Assembly: GCF_006345805.1 (NCBI RefSeq) | Contig: NC_043014.1 | Location: 11,904,001-11,968,000 of the forward strand | Length of the DNA: 64,000 nt | Reading direction: 5' to 3' | Origin: Octopus sinensis | Taxonomy: Eukaryota | Shown here: piece after piece, positions 28,083-42,239 of the stretch | Position numbering within the stretch: position 1 is the stretch's first letter | Layout: every line of letters starts with the position of its first letter | The notes under the pieces: model-generated | What the model saw: the letters and a program-made list of their open reading frames with translations, nothing else | Databases searched by the model: none | Told to the model about the DNA's origin: nothing | Position numbers and translations under genes: made by a program

Positions 28083-28137
28083 ATGTACGCTTATGGTTCC
28101 ATAATTAGACTACTGAGTCTTTTTTCAACATTCTCAG
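28083..28137 (+). CDS. Cadherin-repeat gene, coding exon 1 (signal peptide MYAYGSIIRLLSLFSTFS)
   Basis: ATG at 28083, hydrophobic 18 codons, donor CAG|GTAAGA at 28138. Phase 1 joins 39288 to give ...FSTFSVLSSLKIIKP. Too short for the ORF track. Confidence 0.7.
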
Positions 28138-28403
28138 GTAAGAAATAATCGAATCTTAATTACAAATTTCAATACTGATTGAATTTATGCAGTTTTTGAA
28201 CTTCAAAATAGCATTTATTAAAAAATTTGTTGAGTAAGAGACCGTTTTGAGTTCGGCCAAAGCAATGCGAAATAAATGCAAGGTAAATAACAAGGAAACA
28301 AATATTGAATGCAAGGTAAGTCTACATTAATTCACATATTTGATTTCTTGTGTGATTTACATTGCATTTACTTCGCATTCTTTTGCCCTTACCCACGACC
28401 TTT

Positions 28404-28451
<48 letters not shown>

Positions 28452-28561
28452 ATATTACATACATACAAAGAAAAATTATTACATAGTGCAATACAGTGGT
28501 ATTGCTTCTCAGAAAATATTGGTGCATTGTTGTACCACTATTTATATATATATATATATAA

Positions 28562-28647
<86 letters not shown>

Positions 28648-28856
28648 CATATATATAACATATATACTATATATTATATACATATATATATATACATATA
28701 TATAATTATTGTATGTGTGTATGTGTGTGTGTATAATATGTGACAACCAAACAATTGTCACATATATTTATGGATAAATTCCTCTATTACATAATATCGA
28801 GGTCTCATTCATTCTTTTGTTGCCATATTATTATTATTATATTATTATTATTATTA

Positions 28857-28892
<36 letters not shown>

Positions 28893-29769
28893 CTAAAATT
28901 CTTTGATTCGGCTCCAACAATGTATAGCTTCTTTTTTTCTTTCAAATTTTTGGCACAAGGCCAACAATTATGGAGCAGGGGTTTAGCCGATTATATAGTC
29001 CCTGATGCTTAACTGGCACGCATTTCATCGACCTTGAAAGGATGAAAGGCAAAGTCGACATCGGCGGATTTTGAACTCAGAACATAAGGACGAACGAAAT
29101 GCCGCTACTCATTTTGCCCCATCGTACTAACTAATATGTCAGCTCACCACCTTAATTCAAAGACATATCAATTTCAAATTTTGGCACAAGGCCAGCAATT
29201 TTGGGGGTGCGGGCAAGTCGATTACAATGATCCCAGTGCTGGACTGGTACTTATTTTATCGACCTTGAAATGATGAAAGGGAAAGCCGACCTCGGCGGAA
29301 TTTGAACTCCGAGCGTAAAGATGGATGAAATGCCGTTAACCATTTTGCCTGGTGTGGTAACGATTCTACCTGGTCGTTGCCTTAATTTGCTCTGTAATAT
29401 TAAACACGTACTGAAGGCGCAGATCTGGCAGAATCTTTAGCAGGCCAGGGAAAATGCTTAGCAGTATTTCGTCCGTTTGTACATTCTTGCTTCAAATTCC
29501 ACCGAGGGTGACTTCGCCTTTCATGATTTCGGAGTTGTTAAAATAGAAAGCAGATGAGCCCTGGGATCAATGTAATTGATTCACCCACTCCCTCGGAATT
29601 GCTGGCCTAGTGCTAAAATTTAAAACCAACATTAAACACATACTTACGAGCACACAGCCATACATTTATTCAGGGACATAGGTAAACATATGTGCATAGG
29701 ACTAAAATCACTGGTACATACATACCTAGATACAAAACCCCTTGTGTATATGAAATATAGTTATGTAAT

Positions 29770-30100
29770 CTAAAGACTCCGCCGGTTACGACGACGAGGG
29801 TCCCAGCTGATACGATCAACGGAACAGCTTGCTCGTGAAATTAACGTGCAAATGGCTGAGCATTCCACAGACACGTGTACCCTTAACGTAGTTCTCGGGG
29901 ATAATCAGCGTGATACAGAGAGTGACAAGGCTGACCTTTTGAAATACAAGTACAACTCATTTTTGCCAGCTGAGTGGACTGGAGCAACGTGAAATAAAGT
30001 GTCTTGCTCAAGGACACAACACGTCGCCGGGAATCGAACTCACAACCTTACGATCATGAGCCGAATGCCCTAACCACTAAGCCACGCGCCCTCACTATCC
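29770..30100 (-). mobile_element. SINE family C flanked by a ~375-bp direct duplication
   Basis: Full-length copy; 29392-29769 is repeated at 30101-30471. Confidence 0.88.
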
Positions 30101-31413
30101 CTGTAATATTAAACACGTACTGAAGGCGCAGATCTGGCAGAATCTTTAGCAGGCCAGGGAAAATGCTTAGCAGTATTTCGTCCGTTTGTACATTCTTACT
30201 TCAAATTCCACCGAGGGTGACTTCGCCTTTCATGATTTCGGAGTTGTTAAAATAGAAACCAGATGAGCCCTGGGATCAATGTAAGTGATTCACCCACTCC
30301 CTCGGAATTGCTGGCTAAAATTTAAAACCAACATTAAACACATACTTACGAGCACACAGCCATACATTTATTCAGGGACATAGGTAAACATATGCGCATA
30401 GGACTAAAATCACTGGTACATACATACCTAGATACAAAACCCCTTGTGTATATGAAATATAGTTATGTAATATTCTATACATGTATCAGAGTCTTAATGG
30501 ATAAGAGCATTTATATAGAAATAAAGGTTACAAATCCAGTTCTATTTACAACTACACACGATTAAGATAACTGATGTATATTATGCAATGGAATCGATCG
30601 AAACGAAGGGGTGATATCAATATTTAAATTGTACATAAATATTAATGATTTTACCAGCTTCCAGGAATGTGTTTAATATTCAGATATTTAAGTCACATGT
30701 CAGCTCCGATAGAGCAGACCTATGATAAAATGTCTTCCTTCCGAGCCTAGCATGTTATTTCCTCTAGTTATAATGTATATTAGTCAATGCATCTTCCATT
30801 TTTAAGATGGTTATTTGAAGGTGAGACTAGCAGCTATTTCCTGCACATCGAACAATCACTTAGAGCCTCCTTCACCAACGTAAGAGCTCCGATAAAACAA
30901 ACGATTTGTCGGAGCTCTTAGTTCTTCAGGCAGTCAAAGACTATATTATTCAGATTGATCCTTCTTGGATCGATAGAGTGTAGAAGCAGATGAACAGAAG
31001 AATTAAGGAGGGGCGAGAAAAAGTGACAGGGACAAAGTGAAGTGAAAAGTGAGTAAGAAAGGGCTTTTCCGTCCTTGTTTTCGTATACATTCGATGCTTT
31101 CTTCCAAGAAATCTAATGTTCTTAGCTTAGTTCTTCATTGGGGCTGGCCAGATTGGAGCAATCTCAAGATTAATCAGACAAAATTGCGAGGATGATCCGG
31201 TTCTTGACTGAGGATAGAAAGCTTCGAATGACTCGTCCTTGTTTTCTTTGTATCGTCTATCTGGATGCTTTGTTGTCCCTTTTTGTATCACCTAGTTGTC
31301 CGGATGTTTTGCGTTCTTGTCCCATTTTGTATTATATATATATATATAATATATATATGTGTGTATGTATGTATGTAGTATATATATAAATATGTATATA
31401 TATATTATATATA

Positions 31414-31461
<48 letters not shown>

Positions 31462-31815
31462 CATATATTGTGCGTGAATTTAGTCGGTGAAAACTGTGTG
31501 AAAGCCCGTCGCGCACACACACATATATATATATATACTTTATTAAAAAGCACCAAAAATATCGCAAAAAATCTAAATTCTAAACAAAACCGTCCGACGA
31601 ACAGGAACGTGAAACCCCGAGTAAGAGATTTTGTGATTTTTTGCTCCTTTTTAATAAAGCATATTACTCTACGTCTGGTATTCGAGTACTTTTTTTTCCA
31701 CCTTGTTTCGCATTTATGTGCTTACTCTTGAATATATTTAATATATATATATATATATATTATATATATACATACATATATATAGATATATACTTATATA
31801 TATATATATATAATA

Positions 31816-31865
<50 letters not shown>

Positions 31866-31874
31866 TGTATATAC

Positions 31875-31959
<85 letters not shown>

Positions 31960-32397
31960 TATATATATTATATATATATATAATATATATATATAGTATA
32001 TATATTAATATAGAGAGAGAGAGAGAGAGTGATACTTCACAGTATGAGTTTAATTCGTTCCATGATCGAGTTCGTGTTAAGATTTACTCGCTTCCCCTTT
32101 GAAATTAACTAAAATATAATTAATCCGTTCCAGCCCCACAAAACCAGTCAAAAATAATTTTTGATGGGTTTTAAAACAGAAAAGTTGTAGTTACAAGTAA
32201 AATGACAATTATAAACAAAAGAGAATGCAAAAGAAACATGTAAACTGGTTTTATTAACTGAATTACCTTTAAAGATGGAACGATTTGCGTGCTCGTATTG
32301 GGGATTTCTGCTCGTACTTCAGGACAGACATTCGCACGAGTCTCGGCTCGTAAAGCAAATTACTCGTACAATGGGGCACTGTTACTACAAGGTTCTA

Positions 32398-32433
<36 letters not shown>

Positions 32434-32569
32434 CGGATGCAATTCCCGAGATCCATGGACGAGTTCTCTCCAGCGATCTTTGTCCCTCATCGTCGCCACA
32501 CACACACACACACGCACGTACATACACACACACACACACACGCACGTACATACACACACACACACACAT

Positions 32570-32633
<64 letters not shown>

Positions 32634-32664
32634 TTAGTTAGTTAATTATTTGATTAATTTGTTA

Positions 32665-32985
32665 GTTCTCTCTGTACCATGAGGCATATACGGCCTCAAC
32701 GCGATCTCTCCAAGCAGTTCTGTTCTTCTAACCCTGTTCTGGACTCATTCCAACTTCACCACTCTTCTCTACTCCATTCCTTGTCAACGGTCCTTCGCCA
32801 TGTGCTCCTTTCTGCTCAGGTTTCCACATTAGTGCCACCATACAGTCGCTTTCTCGATTTTGTCTGAGGACGTGTCCGATCCGGTTTCAGCGCATGCGTC
32901 TTACTTTGTCACTAATCCTGTTGATGCCTGTTAACGTCTCAATTGTGTCATTTCGGACTCTATGCAGCCACTTGATAGCAAGTAC
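32665..32985 (-). mobile_element. RTE-clade LINE 3' fragment
   Basis: IKWLHRVRNDTI...IGHVLRQ...ALMWKP...TWRRTV, then a short-repeat tail. Confidence 0.75.
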
Positions 32986-32998
32986 ACACACACACATA

Positions 32999-33026
<28 letters not shown>

Positions 33027-33029
<3 letters not shown>

Positions 33030-33275
33030 GCGCGTGGCTTAGTGGTTAGGGTGTCAGCATCGTGATCGTAAGATTGTGGTTTCAATTCCTGGACCGGGCG
33101 ACGCGTTGTGTTCCTGAGCAAAACACTTCATTTCACGTTGCTCCAGTCCACTCAGCTGGCAAAACTGAGTAACGCTGCGATGGATTGGCGCTCCGTCCAG
33201 CTGGGGAACATATACGCCATGGAAACCAGGAAACTGGGCCCATGAGCCTGGCTAGGCTTTAGAAGAGCACATTTG
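33027..33275 (+). mobile_element. SINE family C subfamily (alternative 3' tail)
   Basis: Same head and V-like domain; near-identical copy at 45940-46190 and a head at 63897-64000. Confidence 0.85.
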
Positions 33276-33376
33276 TATATACATACATATATATATGTTT
33301 GCATGTATGTATGTGTATATATGTGTTTGTGTATGTATATATGTATAATACATACATATGTGCATGTATGTCTGTT

Positions 33377-33420
<44 letters not shown>

Positions 33421-33496
33421 CACATAAAAATACATGTATATTTTTATAGATAGATAGATAGTTAGATAGATAGATAGATAGTTATATTGATAGATT

Positions 33497-33530
<34 letters not shown>

Positions 33531-33553
33531 GAGAGAGATAGAAAGATATATAC

Positions 33554-33635
<82 letters not shown>

Positions 33636-34614
33636 TAACGGTAATACGATAGTAAAAAATAATTCAACATATGCATGCAGACAAGCACACTCACACACAC
33701 AACACACACACACACACACGCATAGAGATACATACATATTTAGATACATACATACAAATCATTCGCAAACATACATACACATAAATACACATAGAAACAT
33801 CAAGACGAACTTCGTTTGCAAAATTTGCTTACTAAACGGATTGAACGTAACAGTTTTCAAAACCCTTAGCATTTTACACTGGGGGCAGGTGTGCGATGCA
33901 CATGCAGCGCTCTCGGCAATATGTGTGATGTCGGTAGATCTTGTTGGTTGATCAATGCACAAAGAAAGTTAAAAACTTGACTGAACAAAAGAAGGAAATA
34001 CATAACCTCACCATGTCACTACTCACAGACATATCTAAAGTGATAAATGGCTTTGCATGCCGCAGGGCAAACTATAAGTTACTGCTTGACATTTCGTTCT
34101 TAAATATAGGGGCAGGCAGGTAGGCAGGCAGGCGGGCAGGCGGGCAGGCGGGCGGGCAGGCAGGCATGACTGTGTGGTTAAGATGGTCGCTTTGCAACCA
34201 CGTGGTTTCTTACATATTCCCGCCCCGCTGTGCAGCACCTTGTGCGAGTGGCTTTTGGTGCAGCTCCCGGGCCGCTTGATGTCTCGTGAGTGAATTACGT
34301 GGACGGGAAAACAGTGGGGAAGGTTCGTTGTGTATAAGTGTGTATATATACATGTGCGTGTGTGTGTATGTGTGTATGTGTGTGTGCGTGCGTGTAGAAC
34401 TGTCCAACGAACGGAAACATGAAATTTTAAGTAACGGAATTGTGATACTGTTGCATTTTAATAGAAGCATATTACTCTACCGTTAATATTCGAGTGCTAT
34501 TTTTCCAACTTGTTTGCACTTATGTGCTCACCTGTATGTATATATATATATATACATTATATATATATATATATTATATATTATATATATAATTATATAT
34601 ATAGAAAGAAGAAG

Positions 34615-34639
34615 ATAGATAGATAGATAGATAGATAGC

Positions 34640-34684
<45 letters not shown>

Positions 34685-34710
34685 TAGATAGATAGATAGA
34701 TAGATAGATT

Positions 34711-34808
<98 letters not shown>
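34615..34808. repeat. (GATA)n microsatellite; also ~33448-33635 and 6140-6215
   Basis: Direct inspection. Confidence 0.95.
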
Positions 34809-35959
34809 CACTACACGTGGAAATGTAAGGGAAAAATAAGAAGTAAAAGAAGCGAAAATGCACATTGGAAATCAAAATAGTAAAGGCTTTTTATGAAAAG
34901 TAACGATAGATATATACAATTAGATGAACTGAGGTAGGAATAAAAGTAATAAAAGTCATTATTGTGAATTGTTAAAGAGATTTAAAAGCATACCGGTTTC
35001 GTAAATTCACTAATCAATCTTTATTTCAGATTTAATTAGTAAAACATCTCTATTTATTGTTATCACCAGCAAAAAAAAACCCAGAAATTACTTAACATTA
35101 ATTAGACAGGTTCTAATTAATGAGGTGGTGTCAGCTGCAACAATCTTCCCCGGGTGCGGGAGACGTTGTGACACTTACTGGGGTACTTTGTTACAACTGT
35201 AGATAACTCGGAATTATGTAAACAAACAAGTTTAAAATGAATACGTCTCCTGCTTCTTGCATCTAGAAAGTATTATTTTAATTAATTAACTGTGCTTTGA
35301 ACCACCTCATATCCTAACTGTGATACTGAGAGTCTTCATCAGCCAATTTCCCCATTGTTATATGTGTCTTCTAGTCGGAATCGTCCTCCATTAACTTTTC
35401 ACCACACAGATCACACAGAAAGTCCTCTCGGCCATCGGTACAGTTAGTGTGTGCCCACTCTTTACAGATCATCCATTGCACCCATTCTTCACCTGGAAGG
35501 GAGTTGGAATCTGAGCTGTGCAGTCATGATGCTATGGAGGTGGCCTTCACGAGGTAGAGATCTTAGTGCTTATTTCTTGAAGTTGGGCTTGTAACAACTT
35601 ACCCGTGTAACAACTAGACCCGGTCTCCCCTATTATAAAAGACAAACTAATTATTTCATCGTAAGGTGTACTAGCCATCTGAATGTGGCTAGCCACTGGG
35701 GGTGGGGTGTTACTGATGCTTTTAGCCCCAGGCGATCAACGTCACCAGATGGACTTTAGACACAATCTCAGTGCCCTTGTGTTATTTGCAAAGGGAGGTC
35801 ATCCTCCCTCGAAAACCTAAGTACTACATACGGACTATAGTTTCAAGGTAATTGCCTCTCGTCAACGCACCGGTTTTCGATGAAGGAGACCCCTTGCAAA
35901 TAATATTTAACGTTTTTCACAGCAATCACTGTCACTGATTTAGAAAAACTGTCTGAAAG

Positions 35960-36181
35960 CAATAATAAATCTCTGAACGAGATATAAACAGTAACCGCTC
36001 GACAACGTAAGGTGTACTAGCCATCTGAATGTGGCTAGCCACTGGGGGGTGACGTTGATCGCCTGGGGCTAAAAGCATCAGTAACACCCCACCCCCAGTG
36101 GCTAGCCACATTCAGATGGCTAGTACACCTTACGTTGTCGAGCGGTTACTGTTTATATCTCGTTCAGAGATTTATTATTGC
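35960..36181. repeat. Fold-back duplication, also sharing sequence with 35660-35746
   Basis: Arms of about 88 bp are exact reverse complements; 36048-36134 is an inverted copy of 35660-35746. Confidence 0.85.
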
Positions 36182-36604
36182 CTTAATTATTTCATGTTCT
36201 CTCGAAGTTCCTCAGTCCTTATTATGTAAACAATGTATTGCGTGTACGTGTGTGTGTGTGTGTGTGTGTGTCTTTACTATTGTGTTTGTCTCTCACCACC
36301 TCCGTAACTTAGCAGTTCGGCAAAAGTGATCGATAGAAAAAGTACCAGACTTAAGGAAAATATATAAGTACTAGGGTCGACTTGCTCGACTAAGCCTTTG
36401 GAAGCATGACCGCAATCCAATAACTGCAACAATAAAAAATTAAAAAAAGATAAAAGTCCTTTTCTGGATAAACATTTCAAGTAACAAGAAGGGAAGACAT
36501 GATGGAACCCTTGTTTCTCTCTCTCTCTCCCCCTCTCTCTCCCTCTCTCTCTCTCTTTCTCTCTCTCTCTCCTTCTCTCTCTCTTTCTCTCTCTCCTCTC
36601 TCCT

Positions 36605-36667
<63 letters not shown>

Positions 36668-36927
36668 ATATATATATTTATCAATGTCTATCGCCCTCTC
36701 TCTTTCTAAGTATCTTTTTTACACATGTCATATACATGCATGCGTACACTCACCTCATGCGTACACACACACGCGCGCAAACGCAAACACGCACGAGCCT
36801 ACACGTGCACATGCGCATACATACATTATATGTAAATATTCCACAAGGAAATATCGATTAACCATGTATACATGCGCAAATATATCAATATATCTGTACA
36901 CATATGTGTGCTCATATACATACATAC

Positions 36928-36977
<50 letters not shown>

Positions 36978-37037
36978 CATATATGTGTATGTGTGTGTAT
37001 GTATACACACACACACACGTACATATCTATCTATCTA

Positions 37038-37084
<47 letters not shown>

Positions 37085-37085
37085 A

Positions 37086-37146
<61 letters not shown>

Positions 37147-38099
37147 GATACTTGGACTGGAGCCACTAACCGGCTAATACGGATTAGAAGCGCCAAGCTG
37201 TGATTTATTTAATGTAAACTTGTTACTTAGCGCTTCTAATCCGTATTATACTACGGCCCGGCAGCCGGTTGACGCAACCAGTCAGAACCATAAGAGAGGC
37301 CTAGTCTCTTATTCAGTTCCCTGTCGCCTCTCTTCCCAGAGTTCGATGCTAATGAGAAGATAATTACTTCCAAATACATGCATCTATCGATCTAGGTAGA
37401 AGGTGCTCAGAACTGGTCTGGTGTGCTTACACCGTTTTGTCAACAGCGGGAATATCTCTCTATGACAAAATGCAGTGAGCGAACTGTTTACGGTATCGAA
37501 TACGTCTCAAACAATTTTAAACTGCTAAAAAGTATATTTATACATATTGTTATATTTAGGAATGGTCATATTTTTACCAATTTATCGCATGCATTGGTCT
37601 TCATTTTAGCTTTATTTTTGTTCTTATTTTAGTCTCCTTTGTCTGAAATCTTTCGTAACACGTCCCATGACCTCTTCAGCGACTCTCCATCCCACGTATC
37701 TCCTATTCGCTTTAGTCCATTCATAGGAATGGCAAAAATATGACCACCCCCAAATATAGCAATATTTGTTTCAACACACGGTTTCACATCAGGAATCTTG
37801 CAAAACAAATGCATAAACGTAATTTATACAATAATTATCTTTAAACAATGAAATTTTATTGTTACTTGTACAAAATGATGAAATTAGATTTAAATTTTCA
37901 AATGACGAATATTTATCATTTGGCTGTGTGATAGTAACTCGTTTTGCAATCACTTGACTTCAGTTTCAATCCTACTGCACGGTACCTTGGGCAAGTGACT
38001 TCTTCTATAACTCAAAGCCGACCAATGAATTTGATTCACAGAAACTGTTTGGAAATCCATATTGTATTCATATATATGTGCGTGCGTGCATGTGTGTGT

Positions 38100-38147
<48 letters not shown>

Positions 38148-39287
38148 TCACCTGAGAAAACGGGTTTTTTTTATATGATGTAATTGATTTGTTCATGAAT
38201 AAAAAATCACGTCTGAAACAGCTGTAGGGAACCTCAGCACATCTGAGTTATTACACGCACGCGCGCATACCCTTAACGTAGTTTCGAGGGATATTAAGCG
38301 TGACAAAGACAGGATGGCCCTTTGAAATACAGGTATTACTCACTCTTGCTAGCTGAGTGGACTGGAGTAACGTGAAATAAAGTATCTTGCTCAAGGACTA
38401 AACACATCGCTAGGGATCGAAATCAAGACCTTGCGATGGTGAGCCAAATGCCCTATCCACTAAACCACACGCTGTCACACACACACACACACATACACAC
38501 ATACACGCGCACACACACACATACACACACGCACACGTATGTATAAATATATGTAGGTGTGTATGCGTATGTATATATGTTTATCTATGTGTCTGTCCCT
38601 ATTATTGCTTATTAATCGGTATTGGTTTGTTACCGTCGCCGTAATTTAGAGGTATACAGCTGTGATTGTATGTTATGAAGCTTGTTTACCAACCACATGG
38701 TTCCGGGTTCGGTCTCACTACGTGGCACCTTGGACAAATGCCTTCTACTATAGCCTCGGGCCGACCAAAGCCTTGTGAGTGGATTTGGTAGATAGAAAGT
38801 GAAAGAAGTTCGTTGGGTACATACATATGTACATGAATACATACACACACACGCACGCACACACACACGCACACACACACAAACATATACACACACATAT
38901 ATATACCCATCTGTTGCTATTTGTTTATGATTCACCTATTTTACACACACACACAGACATATTCATATATATATGGCTTCTTTCAGTTTCCGTCTACCAA
39001 ATCCAGTCACTAGGCTTTGGTCGGCCCGAGTCTATGGTAGAAGACACTTGCCCTAAGCGTCGCGCCGTGCATCTGAACCCAGAACCGTGTTATTAGGAAC
39101 CAAACTTCTTATCATAGAGCCACATAAACGGCGGTCTTGCACACAATTTCTGTTTTCCACAAAAATCTCACAAGAAACCGAAGGTAAAGTGGTGCTACTC
39201 GGTAGTATGTAACTGAACTTGAACCTCACTTGATTCCGTAGCTAACCCTTTTTTTGAGCACAGAGTTCTATTTTGATTTTCTCACAG

Positions 39288-39522
39288 TTTTATCATCTCT
39301 GAAAATCATAAAACCAACCAATTTCCAAGTTATCAAAATATCTGAAAATACGGAACCTGGTATCATCTTAAGTGCTGTCGTAGAAAATCCAACTTATGAC
39401 CAGTTGAATTTTCAGCTTCAACAATACGGCTCCAACTTCTATTTAGACGGCAAAAATTTGATGACCGCTCGAAAGTTTGATTATGAGGTCAGCGGGGACA
39501 GAATGCATGATTTAACTTTGCA
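39288..39522 (+). CDS. Cadherin-repeat gene exon 2 (EC1, ISENTEPG...FDYE)
   Basis: Acceptor ttttctcacag, cadherin motifs, donor GTAAGT at 39523; phase 1 in, phase 2 out. Confidence 0.9.
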
Positions 39523-40966
39523 GTAAGTATTCTCTGTGCATTTTGTTGTTATTTAACCCTAGGTTAATACTTATCAAATGGACCAATTGTGAACTTAGGA
39601 AAGAATTTAAAAGATTAAACATAGTAAAGCATTTAGTTCAGTACCGTACTCATTCACCTTTCCAAAACTTAATGATATCAAGAACGTAAAAAGATAAAAT
39701 TGACCATGGAGGGATTTGATCCCAATACATGAAGGGACCTAACGAGAAACACACAGTATTTCGTCTTATGCTCAACCAATTCTGCTATCCACCGCAATGT
39801 AGGACTACATTGGTTAATGAGACCTTCGCTACTTAAGTCAGTAGGATTTAATTTGAGTGGAAAATTTTAGCAGTTATTTCTAACTGGTCGAAACACCGTT
39901 TAGAGGTTCTCGGGTAGGTTTCTGTGTGGTACATATTGTTTATATTTAATCACAGGTGTTTGGCGTATGTGTCAGTGTTAATCGTACATGTGTTCAAGAG
40001 TGCATATACTGCATAGTAGACATGTGTACACCTGCATCCAGGTATTTAGAATGGTTTGCAAGACTTGTATGCTGTCCAGTTAAACACCGCAGCTTTGTCC
40101 TTAGGTACTTTCAAGGGAACGTTTCGGCCAGAAACCACTGCTCATGCTTTCTTTGCAAGTAGGGCTCTGCCTGTGTCGAAGCAGAGCACCAGCCGCATCT
40201 ATCTCTTCTGTCAGAATGGACCTACAAAATGCATGAGTACTGCTGCTTCCTGATAGACTTATACAAAAAGAAAATATACTGCGGTGGATCGCAGAACTGG
40301 TCGAGTATAAGACGGAATACTTGATGCTTCTCGTTAGGTCTCTTCATATACTGGGATCAAATCCCTCCATGGTCAATTTTATCTTTCTACGTTCCTGATA
40401 TTATTAAGTTTTGGAAAGGTGAAAGAGTGCGGTACTGAACTAAATGCTTTACTATGTTTAATATTTTAAGTTCAGTTCCCCATGCTGTTGACTTCGCTTC
40501 TCATCTTCCTGATTAAATAAAATGAAATGTACCAGAAGTTATTAGGCCATGAAATGTGTGATTTTGTATTTAATGTTTTGGTAACGAAACAGAAGTTCCT
40601 AAACATCTCTAAAGGACCGACTTGGTGTCTGCCACTGAGAAGGCAAAATTATTTGGAAACACGAGTGTATGATAGTCTGCTGGCGTCAGCAGGCGTTGTC
40701 TTGTCTTTTTACACAAAACACGCAAAATTCCCTGACATTGTCCCACAGGAAATTTCTCAACGAATGCAATTTTCACATTCAAGTGTTCAGGAGCGTGTTA
40801 TAAATAAATGTACACATAATTTTGACTCTCACTGCGTCATGTGCGTATATTGAATATGTATGTGTGCGGCTAAGCGTATAAATACGTATGTATGCTTAAT
40901 CTGTTTAGTGAGTGTATGTATAAATCCACACATATACACTACAAAAATTATTTTGTTTTGTTTCAG

Positions 40967-41163
40967 AGTGAGTGACAGTTATTCTACAGTAGAGCGCAGT
41001 TTCCAAATACAAGTGACGGATATAAACGATAACAAACCGGTGTTTTCTGGTTCGTTTCACGGTTATGTGAAAGAAGAGCAGCCCGTGGGTGAAAGAGTTA
41101 TTTTCAAATCTCTTACAGTTGTAGATGACGATGCCAATGATGAGCTGAGATACTCTCTATCAG
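40967..41163 (+). CDS. Cadherin-repeat gene exon 3 (EC1/EC2, VTDINDNKPVF...VKEEQPVG...DDD)
   Basis: Acceptor tttgtttcag, DxNDNxPxF calcium motif, donor GTAAGA; phase 2 in, phase 1 out. Confidence 0.93.
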
Positions 41164-41221
41164 GTAAGAAACAATGGTAACGAATGATGTTTCTGGTTTT
41201 TCTGAATTTGTCGACATTAAA

Positions 41222-41540
41222 TCTCTATATCTATAAACGGCAAAATGTTTGTGTATCTGTGTGTCTGTGTGTCCTTTATACAAATCCACAGTTTCTCACG
41301 TAAAAGGCTCACACTTTCTATGGGCTTTCAAAACTGTCTGAGGGTGGTCGTGAAGATCTTTTCATTTCCCCTGTCACCCCAGAAAGCCATTAAAAAAATC
41401 GATAAACTGACCTCTTATGCCCATAAGTTAGTGGCATATCCATTCAAAATCGCTAAAACATAGAAATTTGTACGCGGTGCGTGCGTTCAGCTAGATACGC
41501 CAATAGACTGCCAGCTGTTTTTTGATTGTTTATATTTGTA
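41222..41540 (+). mobile_element. Helitron-like 5' fragment
   Basis: A|TCTCTATATCTATAAA followed by (TGTG/TCTG) repeats, like the 5' end of the 20703-21216 element. Confidence 0.5.
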
Positions 41541-41570
41541 TATCAGGTCACTTGCTATGCAAGTACATCT

Positions 41571-41630
<60 letters not shown>

Positions 41631-41661
41631 AGATGTACTTGCATAGCAAGTGACCTGATAT
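41540..41661. repeat. Perfect 33-bp inverted repeat around a pure (TA)n tract
   Basis: atatcaggtcacttgctatgcaagtacatctcc-(AT)n-ggagatgtacttgcatagcaagtgacctgatat. Confidence 0.9.
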
Positions 41662-41765
41662 GAGATCGTGCGCTAGAACAAAAACAATTGCAGCGTGGAA
41701 GGTGTTTATAAGCCATTTAAGAAACACAGAAAAACCGTTAGATTCACTTCAACATTTAAATTTAA

Positions 41766-41816
41766 TTTGGCAAAATAGTTTCGTCGCTTTGAGACCGCGA
41801 CCTGTTCACTGACAAA
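41766..41816 (-). ncRNA. Hammerhead-like fold with swapped G3-C8 core (GUGAACA)
   Basis: Minus strand: UUUGUCA-GUGAACA-G-GUCGC ggucucaaa GCGAC-GAAA-CUAU-UU-UGCCAAA. Confidence 0.5.
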
Positions 41817-41855
41817 ACTTCGTGCTGCATTGTTTATATATATATATATATATAT

Positions 41856-42056
41856 AAATTCTATAATTATGAGTATACTTATAATTAGGGTTCAGCAAAA
41901 TTTGCTTCACCACATACCGAAATTTAGAAATAGCAGTTAAAAACTACTATTCTACTACTATAAGATATCTCCCAGACAGCTGTTTGGGAGATATCTTATA
42001 GGTGAAGCAAATTTTGTTGAACTCTAATTATAATTATACTCATAATTATAGAATTT
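41856..42056. repeat. Nested inverted repeat element
   Basis: Arms 41856-41911 and 42001-42056 enclose a near-perfect 42-bp palindrome tataagatatctcccagacagctgtttgggagatatcttata. Confidence 0.8.
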
Positions 42057-42142
42057 TTGTATAAGCTTACCGATAAAGGTTCTTTTAACATACCGAACTA
42101 CTTGGTAAAATTATTAATTATTAATTAATTAATTTTACCCCC

Positions 42143-42239
<97 letters not shown>

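Noticed and set aside
37150-37290. 19-bp inverted repeat resembling a long HHR stem II
   Set aside because: Both core boxes are unrecognisable.
39956-40253. Candidate extra cadherin exon or LINE fragment
   Set aside because: No cadherin motifs; exons 2 and 3 already join in phase; LINE similarity too weak to call.
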